A DNA stretch of 64,000 nucleotides from Thermodesulfovibrionales bacterium. GTDB lineage: Bacteria > Nitrospirota > Thermodesulfovibrionia > Thermodesulfovibrionales > UBA6898. Where the stretch lies: positions 1-64,000 of the forward strand of contig JBIOIY010000001.1 of NCBI GenBank assembly GCA_044450345.1, given 5' to 3'. The position numbers were made by a program, and so were the translations under genes. Below are positions 18,882-29,144 of the stretch, one piece after another. How positions within the stretch are numbered: position 1 is the stretch's first letter; the number at the start of each line of letters is the position of its first letter. The notes beneath the pieces were generated by a model. The model did not search any database. It saw only the letters and a list, made by a program, of their open reading frames with translations, and was not told where the DNA came from.

Positions 18882-20432
18882 TTATTCTCTCTTCAGCGCG
18901 GTAAACGCTCCGGGCAGGTGCTCTATGATGTCCGTTGCGATCATCGAATGCATGCCCCTCCCGGAGGCCGCGATGTCGCCGGCGAGACCATGGAGATACG
19001 TGCCCAGGACGCACGCATCGAGGGGATTCGATTGTTGGCCGAGTAATGCGGCGATAATGCCGGTCAGCACGTCGCCCGCGCCAGCCGTCGCCATGCCGGG
19101 ATTTCCGGTGGTATTAATAAAGGCCCTTCCCCCTGGTTCAGCGATGACCGTCGGGGCCCCCTTCAAAACAAGATACACACCGCTTTTTTCAGAAAAAGAC
19201 AGCGAAAGAGAAACCCTCTCCTTTTCTATTGCGGTCCGCTCGGCCGACTCGTCCGCACCATACGCTTTCAACAGCCTTGCCATCTCACCCACATGAGGAG
19301 TGAGAATCACTGGTGACTTTGCCTTTCTCAAAACCCCGGCATCGCCTTTTATCGAGTTTATCCCGTCGGCATCGATCACCATCGGTGCAGCAGAGTTTGT
19401 GATCAGTTCCCGCATGATCCGCCTGGTATCGTCGGAAATACCAATGCCCGGACCTATTGCCAGGACATCCGCCCTCTCGTAAACAAACCTCAGAATCTCT
19501 CCTGCGGCCCCAAACGATAAACTCCCGTCCCCATTATCAGGAAGAGGAAGGACCATCTCTTCAGTGGCCCTCGTCTGAAATACGCCGGCGAGGGTCTCGG
19601 GAACCCCTATCGTAACCAGTCCCGCACCCGACCTCAGACAGGCCTTCGCAGTCATAAGCGCCGCGCCGGTCCTTCCCCTGGATCCTGCGATAATCAGCAC
19701 GTGCCCGTAATCGCCCTTATGCGAATCAGAAGGTCTCGCGGGTACAAGCAATGCCGCGTCATCCTTTTCGACCGTCTGAATATGCAAGGACTCCGAGTTG
19801 AGAAGCACTTTAGGGAACCCGATGTCCTCGATAAATAATCTCCCTGTATATTCAGCCCCGGGATGGAGAAGATGTCCGAGCTTCGGCAGGCCGAATGTCA
19901 CGGTATGGTCGGCCCGCACCGCCTCGCCAATTACCCGGCCATTGTCCGCAGAGATGCCGGAAGGTATGTCTACAGACAGCACCGTAGCTTCGGATCTGTT
20001 GAGAAAAGAGATGATATCAGAAACAGGCGGCTTCACCTCTTTGTTGATGCCTGTGCCGAAGATCGCGTCGACAACCAGGGCACTATGAAGGTCCGCCCCG
20101 CTTATGCCCGTCCTGAATTCCATAGGGACCTTTATTTTTTTTGCCGTCCTGTATTGTACCAGGCAGTCCGGGCTCAGCTTATTCTCACGGGAAAGGAGGA
20201 GGACTTTGACGTTCCAGCCCCAGTTGAAAAGGTTCCTCGCCGCGACGATCCCGTCACCCCCGTTATTGCCGCCTCCGGCGATGACGATCACCTTTCTTTT
20301 TTCGAAAAGCCCCCGTATCCTCTCCGCCACTGCAAGCCCGGCCCTTTCCATCAAGGCGGCGGAAGACACCCCGCATTCATCGATGGTCCTTCTGTCAATA
20401 GAGCGCATCTCGTCGGCAGTTACGACCTTCAT
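18882..20432 (-). CDS. nnr: Bifunctional NAD(P)H-hydrate epimerase/dehydratase
   Basis: LMERAG, GNNGGDG, DAIFGTG, HKGDYG, TPHVGE, MATAGAGDVL; ATG 20432 follows GGGGGG RBS. Confidence 0.95.
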   Translation of the reverse strand: MKVVTADEMRSIDRRTIDECGVSSAALMERAGLAVAERIRGLFEKRKVIVIAGGGNNGGDGIVAARNLFNWGWNVKVLLLSRENKLSPDCLVQYRTAKKIKVPMEFRTGISGADLHSALVVDAIFGTGINKEVKPPVSDIISFLNRSEATVLSVDIPSGISADNGRVIGEAVRADHTVTFGLPKLGHLLHPGAEYTGRLFIEDIGFPKVLLNSESLHIQTVEKDDAALLVPARPSDSHKGDYGHVLIIAGSRGRTGAALMTAKACLRSGAGLVTIGVPETLAGVFQTRATEEMVLPLPDNGDGSLSFGAAGEILRFVYERADVLAIGPGIGISDDTRRIMRELITNSAAPMVIDADGINSIKGDAGVLRKAKSPVILTPHVGEMARLLKAYGADESAERTAIEKERVSLSLSFSEKSGVYLVLKGAPTVIAEPGGRAFINTTGNPGMATAGAGDVLTGIIAALLGQQSNPLDACVLGTYLHGLAGDIAASGRGMHSMIATDIIEHLPGAFTALKRE

Positions 20433-20457
20433 GATTTCCCCCCCCCGAATAAACGGA

Positions 20458-20829
20458 TTATTGTTCAACCACGACGCAGGCGACTCCGTATTCACGTTCA
20501 TGGCTCAGACTCAGATGGACGCATCTAATGGACCTCTCTTCAAAAAAAGTCCCGAGCCCGCCTTTGACCTCGATGAACGGGCGGCCGCTTCCATAATTCA
20601 TCACCTCTATATCGGTCAGCGCCACGGGAATTTCGGAGCCGATCGCCTTAATGAACGCCTCCTTCGCTGCAAACCTTACAGACAGAGAAAGGAAAGGTTC
20701 TTTCTTTTCATAGGAATAGGCGATTTCATTTTCGGTAAAGACCCTGCGGAGAAATCTGTCCCCCCAGCGCTCGACAGCGCCCTTCATCCTGTCGATCTTC
20801 ACCATGTCTATACCTATTCCGTATATCAT
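20458..20829 (-). CDS. acpS: Holo-[acyl-carrier-protein] synthase
   Basis: GIGIDMV, RFAAKEAFIKA, SLSHE. Confidence 0.96.
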   Translation of the reverse strand: MIYGIGIDMVKIDRMKGAVERWGDRFLRRVFTENEIAYSYEKKEPFLSLSVRFAAKEAFIKAIGSEIPVALTDIEVMNYGSGRPFIEVKGGLGTFFEERSIRCVHLSLSHEREYGVACVVVEQ

Positions 20830-20849
20830 AATCTTGCAATTGCAAACAT

Positions 20850-20858
20850 ATTATAACA
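20850..20858 (-). promoter_or_regulatory. Extended -10 promoter element for acpS-nnr-pgeF
   Basis: TGTTATAAT on minus strand 20 nt upstream of acpS ATG. Confidence 0.6.
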
Positions 20859-21050
20859 ATGGAGTGGGGCGTGATGGAAAACAGCCATAGTCGAGGCTCC
20901 GCAGAGTCGCCGAAGACGTGCGACAAACCGTGCCGGATTACACAGAAGGTTATGTATGCGTTTACGTGAATCAGAATAATAATCTGCCGATTCTGTGGCG
21001 TTTTTCAGCATGTCCGACTCCATCTTGTTTGCAGCGTTAGGGATAAGTCC

Positions 21051-21782
21051 TCACTTCTTGCCTTTTGCCTCGGCCCTGTTCATCAATTCCTTCATCTCCC
21101 TCACGGCCCTTTCGAGGCCCACAAGCACGGCCCTCGAAATAATGCTGTGCCCGATATACAGCCCCCTGAGACCTTCCAGCTCCGCAATCCTGGAAACGTT
21201 GTAATAATTAAGGCCGTGGCCCGCGTTCACCTTAAGGCCTATGTCCATCGCCTTCTGCACGGCTCCGATGACCCTTGCGAGTTCTTTTTCCTGCCTTTTA
21301 CCTCTCTCGTCAGAGTAGCCGCCCGTATGTATTTCGACCATGTCGGCCCCGATCTCCTTCGAGGTCCCGACATCTTCGGGATCTGGATTAATAAAGAGGC
21401 TGACGCTGATGCCGTTGTCATGCAGGACCTTTACCGCCTGCCTTATGGCAGACCTGCCTCTCCTGACGTCGAGACCTCCCTCTGTAGTGAGTTCCTGCCT
21501 TTTTTCAGGGACGAGGGTCACAAGATCGGGAACTGTCTTGACCGCTATTTTCAGTATCTCCTTAGTAGCAGCCATCTCGAGATTGAGTTCGACCGGAACG
21601 AATTTCCTCAACAGTTCAAGGTCCCTGTCGCAGATATGTCTTCTGTCCTCACGAAGATGCACGGTAATCCCGTCTGCTCCGCCAAGCACCGCCAGCGTCG
21701 CTGCCATTACCGGATCAGGTTCTTTGCCAAGTCTCGCCTGTCTCAGCGTCGCCACATGATCAACGTTCACCCCTAGAATCAT
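21051..21782 (-). CDS. pdxJ: Pyridoxine 5'-phosphate synthase
   Basis: LGVNVDHVATLRQAR, HLREDRRHI, TTEGG, AGHGL. Confidence 0.97.
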   Translation of the reverse strand: MILGVNVDHVATLRQARLGKEPDPVMAATLAVLGGADGITVHLREDRRHICDRDLELLRKFVPVELNLEMAATKEILKIAVKTVPDLVTLVPEKRQELTTEGGLDVRRGRSAIRQAVKVLHDNGISVSLFINPDPEDVGTSKEIGADMVEIHTGGYSDERGKRQEKELARVIGAVQKAMDIGLKVNAGHGLNYYNVSRIAELEGLRGLYIGHSIISRAVLVGLERAVREMKELMNRAEAKGKK

Positions 21783-21808
21783 CCGGTCTCCATTCAATTT
21801 TTTTTTGT

Positions 21809-22255
21809 CTACGGTACCACGGTAACATCGTCAACCGACGAAGAGATGACGAAGACTTTTATATTATTGGTATCTTCATCCACGGGCAGCAAAAAAAAGC
21901 CCTTCCCGTCATTTTCCTTCCTCGACAGGAAGAAACCTTTCTCCCACGGCACCTTGCCGTCGAGAAACCCCACAAGCCGTTCCCCGTCTTTGAACTTCAC
22001 AAAGACCCTGTTGCCCGTCGGCTTCCTTATGCCATATGACTTTTTCTCCCTGTAGTCAAAGTCACCTTCGAAGGACTTTACAAAAAAAACCGCCTTCATA
22101 TCGTCTACCCTCAGCGTGCGGACCTCGTCCGTCTTCACCTCCCTCAGAACAACCTCATCTATGTCGGGTGAAAAAACTCTCAGATACCCCTTCAGTATGC
22201 TTCCGTCGTTGAATCTTACTACCGACCTTTCCTGAGCGCCTTTTTTTTTCCCCAT
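21809..22255 (-). CDS. Conserved hypothetical protein with internal duplication
   Basis: Intact ORF with RBS between hypE and pdxJ; two similar halves VVRFNDGSILKGY / VFVKFKDGERLVGF. Confidence 0.8.
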   Translation of the reverse strand: MGKKKGAQERSVVRFNDGSILKGYLRVFSPDIDEVVLREVKTDEVRTLRVDDMKAVFFVKSFEGDFDYREKKSYGIRKPTGNRVFVKFKDGERLVGFLDGKVPWEKGFFLSRKENDGKGFFLLPVDEDTNNIKVFVISSSVDDVTVVP

Positions 22256-22297
22256 ACATTACTCCCTTGTTACTCAAATTTCAGTATGACTGTTTCC

Positions 22298-23296
22298 TCA
22301 ACATATCCTGGGTAACTGGTCCCCGGAAAGCATGTCAATTATTCTAATACCACCGGCATTTGTTTTCAACAACACAGCCTCCCTCGGGGCCTCCGCGACT
22401 TCGCCGATAACGACCGTCTCTGCCCCTTCCGTTGTTTGCCTCATTTCTTCTGCCAGCCTGTCTGCAACGCCCGGATCAACGATGGCGATAAGAATACCTT
22501 CGTTCGCAATATAGAGAGGGTCGAGACCCAGGAGTTCGCAAGCGCCCCTGACCCCTGGTCTTACCTTAATCGAAGACTCTTGGACCATAATGCAATGTCC
22601 CGACTGCGACGCTATCTCCTTGAGGGTAGTCGCCACGCCTCCCCGGGTCGGGTCTCTCATCATGTGGATTTCTTTCGTCATGCCCGCCATACGCCTCACA
22701 AGTCGGTTCAGCGGCGCCACATCGCTCAGAAGAGGAGGGTCGAAGGATATACCGTTTCGCTCTGCCATGACCGCGACGCCGTGATTCCCTATGCTTCCGC
22801 TCAGGATCACTCTGTCCCCCGGTCTCACCTTCATCGGAGACAGATCGAGCCCATCTTCAACAACCCCAAATCCGGCTGTATTAATGAAGAGGCCGTCGGC
22901 CTTCCCCCTGTCAACAACCTTAGTATCGCCGGCAACTATCTTTATTCCCGCCTCCTCTGCCGCGGCCTTCATAGAATCCAGGACCCGTCCCAGATCATAG
23001 AACGGAAAGCCTTCCTCAATGATAAAACCCGCAGTCATATACATCGGGATCGCGCCCGAGACAGCGAGGTCGTTTACAGTACCGCAGACGGAAAGTCTGC
23101 CGATGTCGCCGCCGGGAAAGAAAAGAGGCGATACCACATACGAATCGGTCGTGATCGCTATCCTGCCTGATAACGCAGTTTCAATGACCGCCGAATCACT
23201 CAGGTTTTTCAGGTCGAATGCCGGGACGAAATAGTCATTTATCAGCTGATGCATCATTCGGCCGCCGCTTCCGTGCGCCAGTTGTATCAGCTCCAT
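22298..23296 (-). CDS. hypE: Hydrogenase maturation carbamoyl dehydratase HypE
   Basis: AHGSGG, GTVNDLA, MRDPTRGG, C-terminal LPRIC. Confidence 0.97.
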   Translation of the reverse strand: MELIQLAHGSGGRMMHQLINDYFVPAFDLKNLSDSAVIETALSGRIAITTDSYVVSPLFFPGGDIGRLSVCGTVNDLAVSGAIPMYMTAGFIIEEGFPFYDLGRVLDSMKAAAEEAGIKIVAGDTKVVDRGKADGLFINTAGFGVVEDGLDLSPMKVRPGDRVILSGSIGNHGVAVMAERNGISFDPPLLSDVAPLNRLVRRMAGMTKEIHMMRDPTRGGVATTLKEIASQSGHCIMVQESSIKVRPGVRGACELLGLDPLYIANEGILIAIVDPGVADRLAEEMRQTTEGAETVVIGEVAEAPREAVLLKTNAGGIRIIDMLSGDQLPRIC

Positions 23297-23303
23297 GAAT
23301 GTC

Positions 23304-24377
23304 TCATATCTTTATTTTCCCTACTGCTTTGTATTTAAAATAGGCCGCGCAGCTCCCCTCGGAACTCACCATGCACGGCCCCACAGGCCTGTCGGGCGTG
23401 CACGCCTTTCCGAAGAGTTTGCAGTCAGTCGGGACCTTGACCCCCTTGAGGACCTCTCCGCACGAACACGCCGTAGCATGGTCCTCTGCCTCAGGAACGT
23501 CAAGTGAGAAGACAGACCTAATGTCCCTATGCCTGAATTCTTCTCTCAATCTCAGGCCGCTCATCGGGATGGCGCCGATCCCCCTCCAATTCGCATCGTC
23601 AGGTTCAAAACATTTATTCAATACGGCGACCGCTTTTGGGTTCCCCTCCATTCTTACGACTCTTTTGTACTGGATCTCCACTTCGGCCCTTCCCGACGCG
23701 AGCTGCTCAAGGATCATCTGTATTCCGGAAAGGATATCCCCGGCGTCAAAGCCGGTGATGACGGAAGACTTCTTGTAGTCCGACGCCATAAACCCATAAG
23801 GCACGCTCCCGATCACCGTGCTTACATGTCCCGGCAAAATAAAACCGTCCACCCTCACTTCGCCTGAATCGAGGAGTGCCTTCAGGGCAGGGGGAACGGT
23901 CTTATGGACGGAATAGATATAAAAATTGCTCACCCCTCGTCTCTCTGCCTCGAGTATGGTCCCGGCAACGGAAGGAGATGTGGTTTCAAAGCCCGTGGCA
24001 AAGAAAACGACCTTTTTGTCGCTGTTGTCTTCCGCGATCTTAAGCGCATCGAGGGGAGAGTAGACCACCCTGACGTCGCCCCCTTCGGCCTTGGCATTAA
24101 AGAGGGATTTATTACTGCCTGGGACCCTCATCATGTCCCCGAAGGTTGCAAGGGCAACCCCTTTTCTCATCGATATAGCTATAGCCGCATCGACATCTTT
24201 TATCGCCGTAACACAGACCGGACAGCCGGGCCCGCTGAGAAGCGTAATTCCTTCAGGAAGAAGGTCTCTTATGCCCAGTCTAAAGATAGCCACTGTGTGG
24301 GTCCCGCAGACCTCCATCAGCCTCACGGGCCTTCCAATAGAATCCATAAGCCGCTTGAGGGTATCACCCATATTCAT
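23304..24377 (-). CDS. hypD: Hydrogenase maturation protein HypD
   Basis: MEVCGTHT, GPGCPVC, GFETT, PGHVS, GPCMVSSEGSCAA. Confidence 0.97.
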   Translation of the reverse strand: MNMGDTLKRLMDSIGRPVRLMEVCGTHTVAIFRLGIRDLLPEGITLLSGPGCPVCVTAIKDVDAAIAISMRKGVALATFGDMMRVPGSNKSLFNAKAEGGDVRVVYSPLDALKIAEDNSDKKVVFFATGFETTSPSVAGTILEAERRGVSNFYIYSVHKTVPPALKALLDSGEVRVDGFILPGHVSTVIGSVPYGFMASDYKKSSVITGFDAGDILSGIQMILEQLASGRAEVEIQYKRVVRMEGNPKAVAVLNKCFEPDDANWRGIGAIPMSGLRLREEFRHRDIRSVFSLDVPEAEDHATACSCGEVLKGVKVPTDCKLFGKACTPDRPVGPCMVSSEGSCAAYFKYKAVGKIKI

Positions 24378-24380
24378 GTG

Positions 24381-26759
24381 TTATTCTTTCACCCCATCTT
24401 TGAGCCTCTCCCTCAGTATATAAGCCTGCCCGAGAGAGATGCCTGCATCGTTACTGGGAACGAGTTCATTTACGTACACCTCTATTCCCTCGGCCCTCAA
24501 ATAGTATACTATCCTTCTGAGGAGATATGAATTCTGGAACACGCCGCCGCTCAGAACTGCCTTCTTGATGTTGTGCGACGCCGATAGTTTGACTGCAGTC
24601 CTTAAGACCGCCGTCGCGACAGTATTATGGAATTTCGTCGCCGTCACCCTCTTGTCAGCTTGGTTCCCGAGGTCCTTCAGTATACCCAATATCGCAGCAC
24701 TGAAGTCTATCCCAATCACTTCCTTAAATCTTATATCTACGGGATAATCATCGTCCAGCCCGTCCAGCACAAGCGATTCCAGGGCCATGGCCGCCTCGCC
24801 CTCGAAGGTATTTACGTCGCAGACTCCCATCAGCGCAGACACTGCGTCGAAAAGCCTTCCCGCTCCGGAAGAGAGGGGAGAGAAATCCCTCATTCCCGCA
24901 ATCTTTATGATGTTTTCGATCCTTTCCCTGCCGTATTTTTCGACAAAGCCGGTCTGTCCGATATACTCCCAGACCTGTTCCCCGACCGCCTCCAACAGAT
25001 ACGCCAGAGATATCCTCCAGGGCTCCTTCACCGCCATTTCGCCGCCCGGCAGAGGTATGTAGTCAAGGTGTCCCACCCGTTTGAACCCCGTTGTGTCTGC
25101 GATCAGAAACTCTCCCCCCCAGAGCGCTCCGTCATCTCCATAGCCTGTGCCGTCGAATGAAACTCCTATGACCTTCTCCTTTATCCCCCTCTCCGCCATT
25201 ACGGACGCGATATGGGCGTAATGATGCTGGACCGGATATTTCTTGATCCCTTCCTGACTCAATGCCCACCGTGATGAGAGGTACGCCGGATGAGGGTCGT
25301 AGGCGATCGCCTCCGGCGCAGCCCTGTAAACCGCCTTGAGGTTCTTCAGGGTCTCTTGAAAAAAGCGGAGGGTCTCATAATTCTCCATATCACCTATATG
25401 CTGACTCGGTACCGCATACCTGCCCTTCGTGAGGGTGAAGGTGTTCTTCAAATCCGCGCCGCATCCCAGGACCTCCGGCCCCTCCTCATGTAACGGAATG
25501 GGATCGGGAACATACCCGCGCGACCTCCTGATAAAAAAAACCGGCATTTCCCCTTGAGACCACTCCCCCCGGCCCAACCCTGCCTCCGCCCTGTTTTCAC
25601 TGACCTTCACCACGGAGTCGTCGACCCTCATGAATATCCCCCGGTCATGGAGCAGGAAGGCATCGGCGATGCCTGAAAGCTTTGCGACCGCCTCGTCGTT
25701 GTCGATCACAATCGGTTCTTCGGAGATATTTCCGCTGGTCATAACGAGCGCATTGAAGTGGGGACCTCCGCCATCCACTCCCCGGTGAGGAAAGGCGAAA
25801 GGGCGGTAAAAAAGCAGATAGTGAAGCGGTGTATACGGGAGCATAAAACCTGTATATCTGTTGTGTGGAGAGACATCACCTGCAAGACATGCATTATTCT
25901 TTTTAGCGAGAAGCAGGACCGGCCTTTTTTCAGAAACCAGCAGGGATTCTTCTTTATCGGAAACATGACAGAACCCACGCACCGCGCCGATGTCGGGAGC
26001 CATTACGGCAAAGGGTTTATTGTTTTTTCTCTTCCTTTGTCGGAGCGTCGAGACGGCCTCTTCGTTTGAGGCATCGCAGGCGATATGAAAGCCTCCGAGC
26101 CCTTTGATGGCGATGATGTATCCTTCCTTGAGCAGTCTGATCGTCTCTTTGAAGGGGTCTTCTTTCTCATCGACAACTAAGCCCTGCTTAAAGACCTTCA
26201 GTTCGACCCCGGGGCCGCATCTGGGGCACGCATTAGGCTGGGCATGGAAACGCCTGTTCCCGGGATCGCCGTATTCAGCCTCGCACTCAGGACACATCCG
26301 AAAGACATCCATAGTCGTATGTCCGCGGTCGTAAGGCACGGACTTCGTGATCGAATACCTCGGCCCGCAATTCGTGCAATTGATAAAGGGGTAGAGAAAA
26401 CGCCTGTCCCCTGGGTCGAACAGTTCATGAATGCAATCTGCACAGACCGATGCATCCGGCGATACGAGCGTAAAGCTGCCTGTCCCGAGGCTTCCTTTGA
26501 TAGAGAACTCGTTGTAACCGGTGAACTCGCACGGCGCGATATCCACGTTTAGAATCTTCGAAAGCGGCGGACTGTCTTTCCTAAGTCTCTCCAGGAAGGT
26601 ACTGAGGTCCCCGCCCTCGGCAGTAATAAAAACACCTTCAGCGGTGTTCGCGATAAACCCCTTGACCTCAAGTTCCCTTGCAAGATTATAGACAAAGGGC
26701 CTGAAGCCGACCCCCTGGACCTTACCCTTGACTGATATATTCAGACATTCCATGATCAT
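24381..26759 (-). CDS. hypF: Carbamoyltransferase HypF
   Basis: VQGVGFRPFV acylphosphatase domain, two zinc fingers, QHHYAH, DGTGYG, NDAGISLGQ. Confidence 0.97.
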   Translation of the reverse strand: MIMECLNISVKGKVQGVGFRPFVYNLARELEVKGFIANTAEGVFITAEGGDLSTFLERLRKDSPPLSKILNVDIAPCEFTGYNEFSIKGSLGTGSFTLVSPDASVCADCIHELFDPGDRRFLYPFINCTNCGPRYSITKSVPYDRGHTTMDVFRMCPECEAEYGDPGNRRFHAQPNACPRCGPGVELKVFKQGLVVDEKEDPFKETIRLLKEGYIIAIKGLGGFHIACDASNEEAVSTLRQRKRKNNKPFAVMAPDIGAVRGFCHVSDKEESLLVSEKRPVLLLAKKNNACLAGDVSPHNRYTGFMLPYTPLHYLLFYRPFAFPHRGVDGGGPHFNALVMTSGNISEEPIVIDNDEAVAKLSGIADAFLLHDRGIFMRVDDSVVKVSENRAEAGLGRGEWSQGEMPVFFIRRSRGYVPDPIPLHEEGPEVLGCGADLKNTFTLTKGRYAVPSQHIGDMENYETLRFFQETLKNLKAVYRAAPEAIAYDPHPAYLSSRWALSQEGIKKYPVQHHYAHIASVMAERGIKEKVIGVSFDGTGYGDDGALWGGEFLIADTTGFKRVGHLDYIPLPGGEMAVKEPWRISLAYLLEAVGEQVWEYIGQTGFVEKYGRERIENIIKIAGMRDFSPLSSGAGRLFDAVSALMGVCDVNTFEGEAAMALESLVLDGLDDDYPVDIRFKEVIGIDFSAAILGILKDLGNQADKRVTATKFHNTVATAVLRTAVKLSASHNIKKAVLSGGVFQNSYLLRRIVYYLRAEGIEVYVNELVPSNDAGISLGQAYILRERLKDGVKE

Positions 26760-26852
26760 GCACTTTCATCCGCTCGCTCTATTATACCCGAACAGAAACA
26801 CAGGAGGCGGAGGAAACGCATGTGAGTCCGCCTATCTGTTATAATAACGTCC

Positions 26853-27164
26853 ATGAAAACCAAGGACCTGACAGAGAAAGAAAGGTTATGTATTTCCTGC
26901 CAGAAGTGCTGCAAAGAACTGTTCATTTATACCCATCCGGTCCTGTACAGCTGCCCGGCCGGGACAATAGTCGATTTTTACAAGGCCCGGGGGTTCGATG
27001 TGAACAGGCTGGAAGAAGACGCGATAATCCTTTCCTTCAAGCACACCTGTCCCCATCTCACTTCTGGGGGATGCGACATTTACGATAACCGGCCTCAGGC
27101 GTGCGCGGATTACTCAGGGATAGAGGACTTCGGTCAAGACTGCCTCTGGTCGACGCTGAAATAG
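26853..27164 (+). CDS. YkgJ-family (CxxCxxCC) cysteine cluster protein
   Basis: CISCQKCC, CPHL...GCDIYDNRPQAC. Confidence 0.9.
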   Translation: MKTKDLTEKERLCISCQKCCKELFIYTHPVLYSCPAGTIVDFYKARGFDVNRLEEDAIILSFKHTCPHLTSGGCDIYDNRPQACADYSGIEDFGQDCLWSTLK

Positions 27165-27188
27165 GAAAGGCCCTCAAGAAAACACCGC

Positions 27189-28310
27189 ATGCCACCGCCC
27201 GATATTAACCGGAAACGCCTTGTCGACACATTCTTGCAACTCCTGCGAATCAACTCCCCTTCGTTTCAGGAAGGAGAGATGGGTAAAGTACTGGCAAGAA
27301 AGTTAGAGGAGGCGGGATGCGAAGTCGAAATACAGAGATATGACGGCTCTTTCAATATCATAGCGAGAAAAGAGGGTTTCAACAGGGCGCCTGCACTTAT
27401 AGTTAGTGCCCATATGGACACGATAGAACCTACCGAGGGAATTGAATTCAGCGTTGACGACGTCGAGATAAGATCCACGGGCAGGACTGTTTTAGGTGCC
27501 GACGACAAGAGCGCCATAGCCCAGATATTGGAGGCCCTGACTGTTCTCCATGAACAAATGATCCCTCACGGAAGACTCGAAATCGTTTTCACTTCGGCAG
27601 AGGAAAAGGGACTCTGCGGCGCAAAAAACCTCGACTTCTCGCGGCTCAAAAGCAGGCACGCCATAGTGCTCGACGCATCAGGAGACGTGGGGTGTCTTGT
27701 CGTCGCCGCACCCACCCATCTTACATATGAAATGCGCATTATCGGCAAGTCGGCACATGCCGGCATAGAACCGGAAAAAGGCATTAATGCGATAAGGATC
27801 GCATCCATGATCATTGCGTCTGTCCCCGACGGAAGGATAAGCAGAGAAACCACCGCAAACATCGGGATCATCCATGGGGGCACGGCAACTAACGTGGTGC
27901 CCAGGGAAACGGTCATCCATGGTGAGTTGAGGAGCCGTGACGCTACCGAACTTCAAGGCAGTAAGAGGCGTATTTTTGAAACAGCATTGGTCTTAGCGGA
28001 GCAGAACGGGGGGAAGATTATCATCTCTGAAGAAGAGGAATACAGGGCTTTTACTATTGACAAGGGAGATCCGCTCCTCACGTATCTTGCCGGAGTTATC
28101 AGCAAATGCGGCATAGACCCGGTCTTCATCGAAACAGGCGGGGGCTCGGACGCCAACGTATTTAATGCACATGGAATAAAGGCGGTCAATGTCACGAACG
28201 GGATGAGGCAGGTCCATTCAAGCGACGAACATATTTTTCTCCGGGACCTCTATAGCGGCTGCTGGGTCGTGCTGCAGGCGATAACTGACTTCGAGGGGTT
28301 TACTCCGTAG
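27189..28310 (+). CDS. M20 family peptidase (peptidase T-like)
   Basis: AHMDT, LGADDK, EE, AHAG..PEKG, GGGSD, VHS. Confidence 0.92.
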   Translation: MPPPDINRKRLVDTFLQLLRINSPSFQEGEMGKVLARKLEEAGCEVEIQRYDGSFNIIARKEGFNRAPALIVSAHMDTIEPTEGIEFSVDDVEIRSTGRTVLGADDKSAIAQILEALTVLHEQMIPHGRLEIVFTSAEEKGLCGAKNLDFSRLKSRHAIVLDASGDVGCLVVAAPTHLTYEMRIIGKSAHAGIEPEKGINAIRIASMIIASVPDGRISRETTANIGIIHGGTATNVVPRETVIHGELRSRDATELQGSKRRIFETALVLAEQNGGKIIISEEEEYRAFTIDKGDPLLTYLAGVISKCGIDPVFIETGGGSDANVFNAHGIKAVNVTNGMRQVHSSDEHIFLRDLYSGCWVVLQAITDFEGFTP

Positions 28311-28337
28311 GCCGGTACTCACTTGCCCCCACCCTGC

Positions 28338-29144
28338 TTATCCTATTTCTTCTATGAGCTTTCCGGCGCAATCCGGGCATATACCATGGGTAAATTTCGT
28401 ATCGGAATGTTCGCACACGTAAGCCTCGACCTTTTTCCAATACCCCTGGTCGTCGCGGATCTTCTTGCACCATGCGCACATGGGGAGCAGTCCGCTTAAT
28501 TTCTTGACATTCGAAAGGGCTTCCTGAAGCTCCTTTATCAGCCGCTCCTTTTCCGCTCCGGTACGCTTTCTCTCGGCTATCTCCTTTTGAAGCTGTTCAT
28601 TCATCGAGGTAATTTCTGAGGTACGCTCACGGACGAGCCATTCCAGATGGTTCCTGTGTACATTCAGCTCCTCCTCTGCCAGTTTGCGGTTCGTAATGTC
28701 CCTGACTATATGGATCAGACCTATCACCCTTCCGTCATCATCAAGCCTCGGGATCGCCCGTATCTCGATATGCATGTTCAGATGCGGTTCGAACATCTCA
28801 AAGGTCTTGGTCTTCCCGCTACCGAAACACTTGCAGCTCGGACACCCAACGGGCGGACTGTCGCTTCCGTGGTAGTATTCATAACATTTCGCCTTCGAAG
28901 CCAGAACAGGCAGGCCCAGTATCTTTTCAGCGGCCTTATTCGCATGGATAATAGTAAAGTCACTGTCATGAATGGTGACCATGTCCGTTATCGTATCGAA
29001 GATTTCATGCCAGTCCTGTTCGGCCGGGAAACAACGTTCAGCGGTTTTTTGCTTTGTCTCCAGACGGTCGATTTCCATAAAACAATCCCGAATGCTTCCG
29101 ATGCGTTCCGGCGGTCCTTCTATTGTTTTATCTCTGACCTTCAT
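28338..29144 (-). CDS. PAS-domain protein with coiled coil and C-terminal Cys-rich metal-binding tail
   Basis: PAS ending RDIT; coiled coil; LLPMCAWCKKIRDD...THGICPDC. Confidence 0.85.
   Translation of the reverse strand: MKVRDKTIEGPPERIGSIRDCFMEIDRLETKQKTAERCFPAEQDWHEIFDTITDMVTIHDSDFTIIHANKAAEKILGLPVLASKAKCYEYYHGSDSPPVGCPSCKCFGSGKTKTFEMFEPHLNMHIEIRAIPRLDDDGRVIGLIHIVRDITNRKLAEEELNVHRNHLEWLVRERTSEITSMNEQLQKEIAERKRTGAEKERLIKELQEALSNVKKLSGLLPMCAWCKKIRDDQGYWKKVEAYVCEHSDTKFTHGICPDCAGKLIEEIG

Noticed and set aside
20826..21023. 65-aa minus-strand ORF between pdxJ and acpS
   Set aside because: No RBS or motif; coincides with the long hairpin and the acpS promoter
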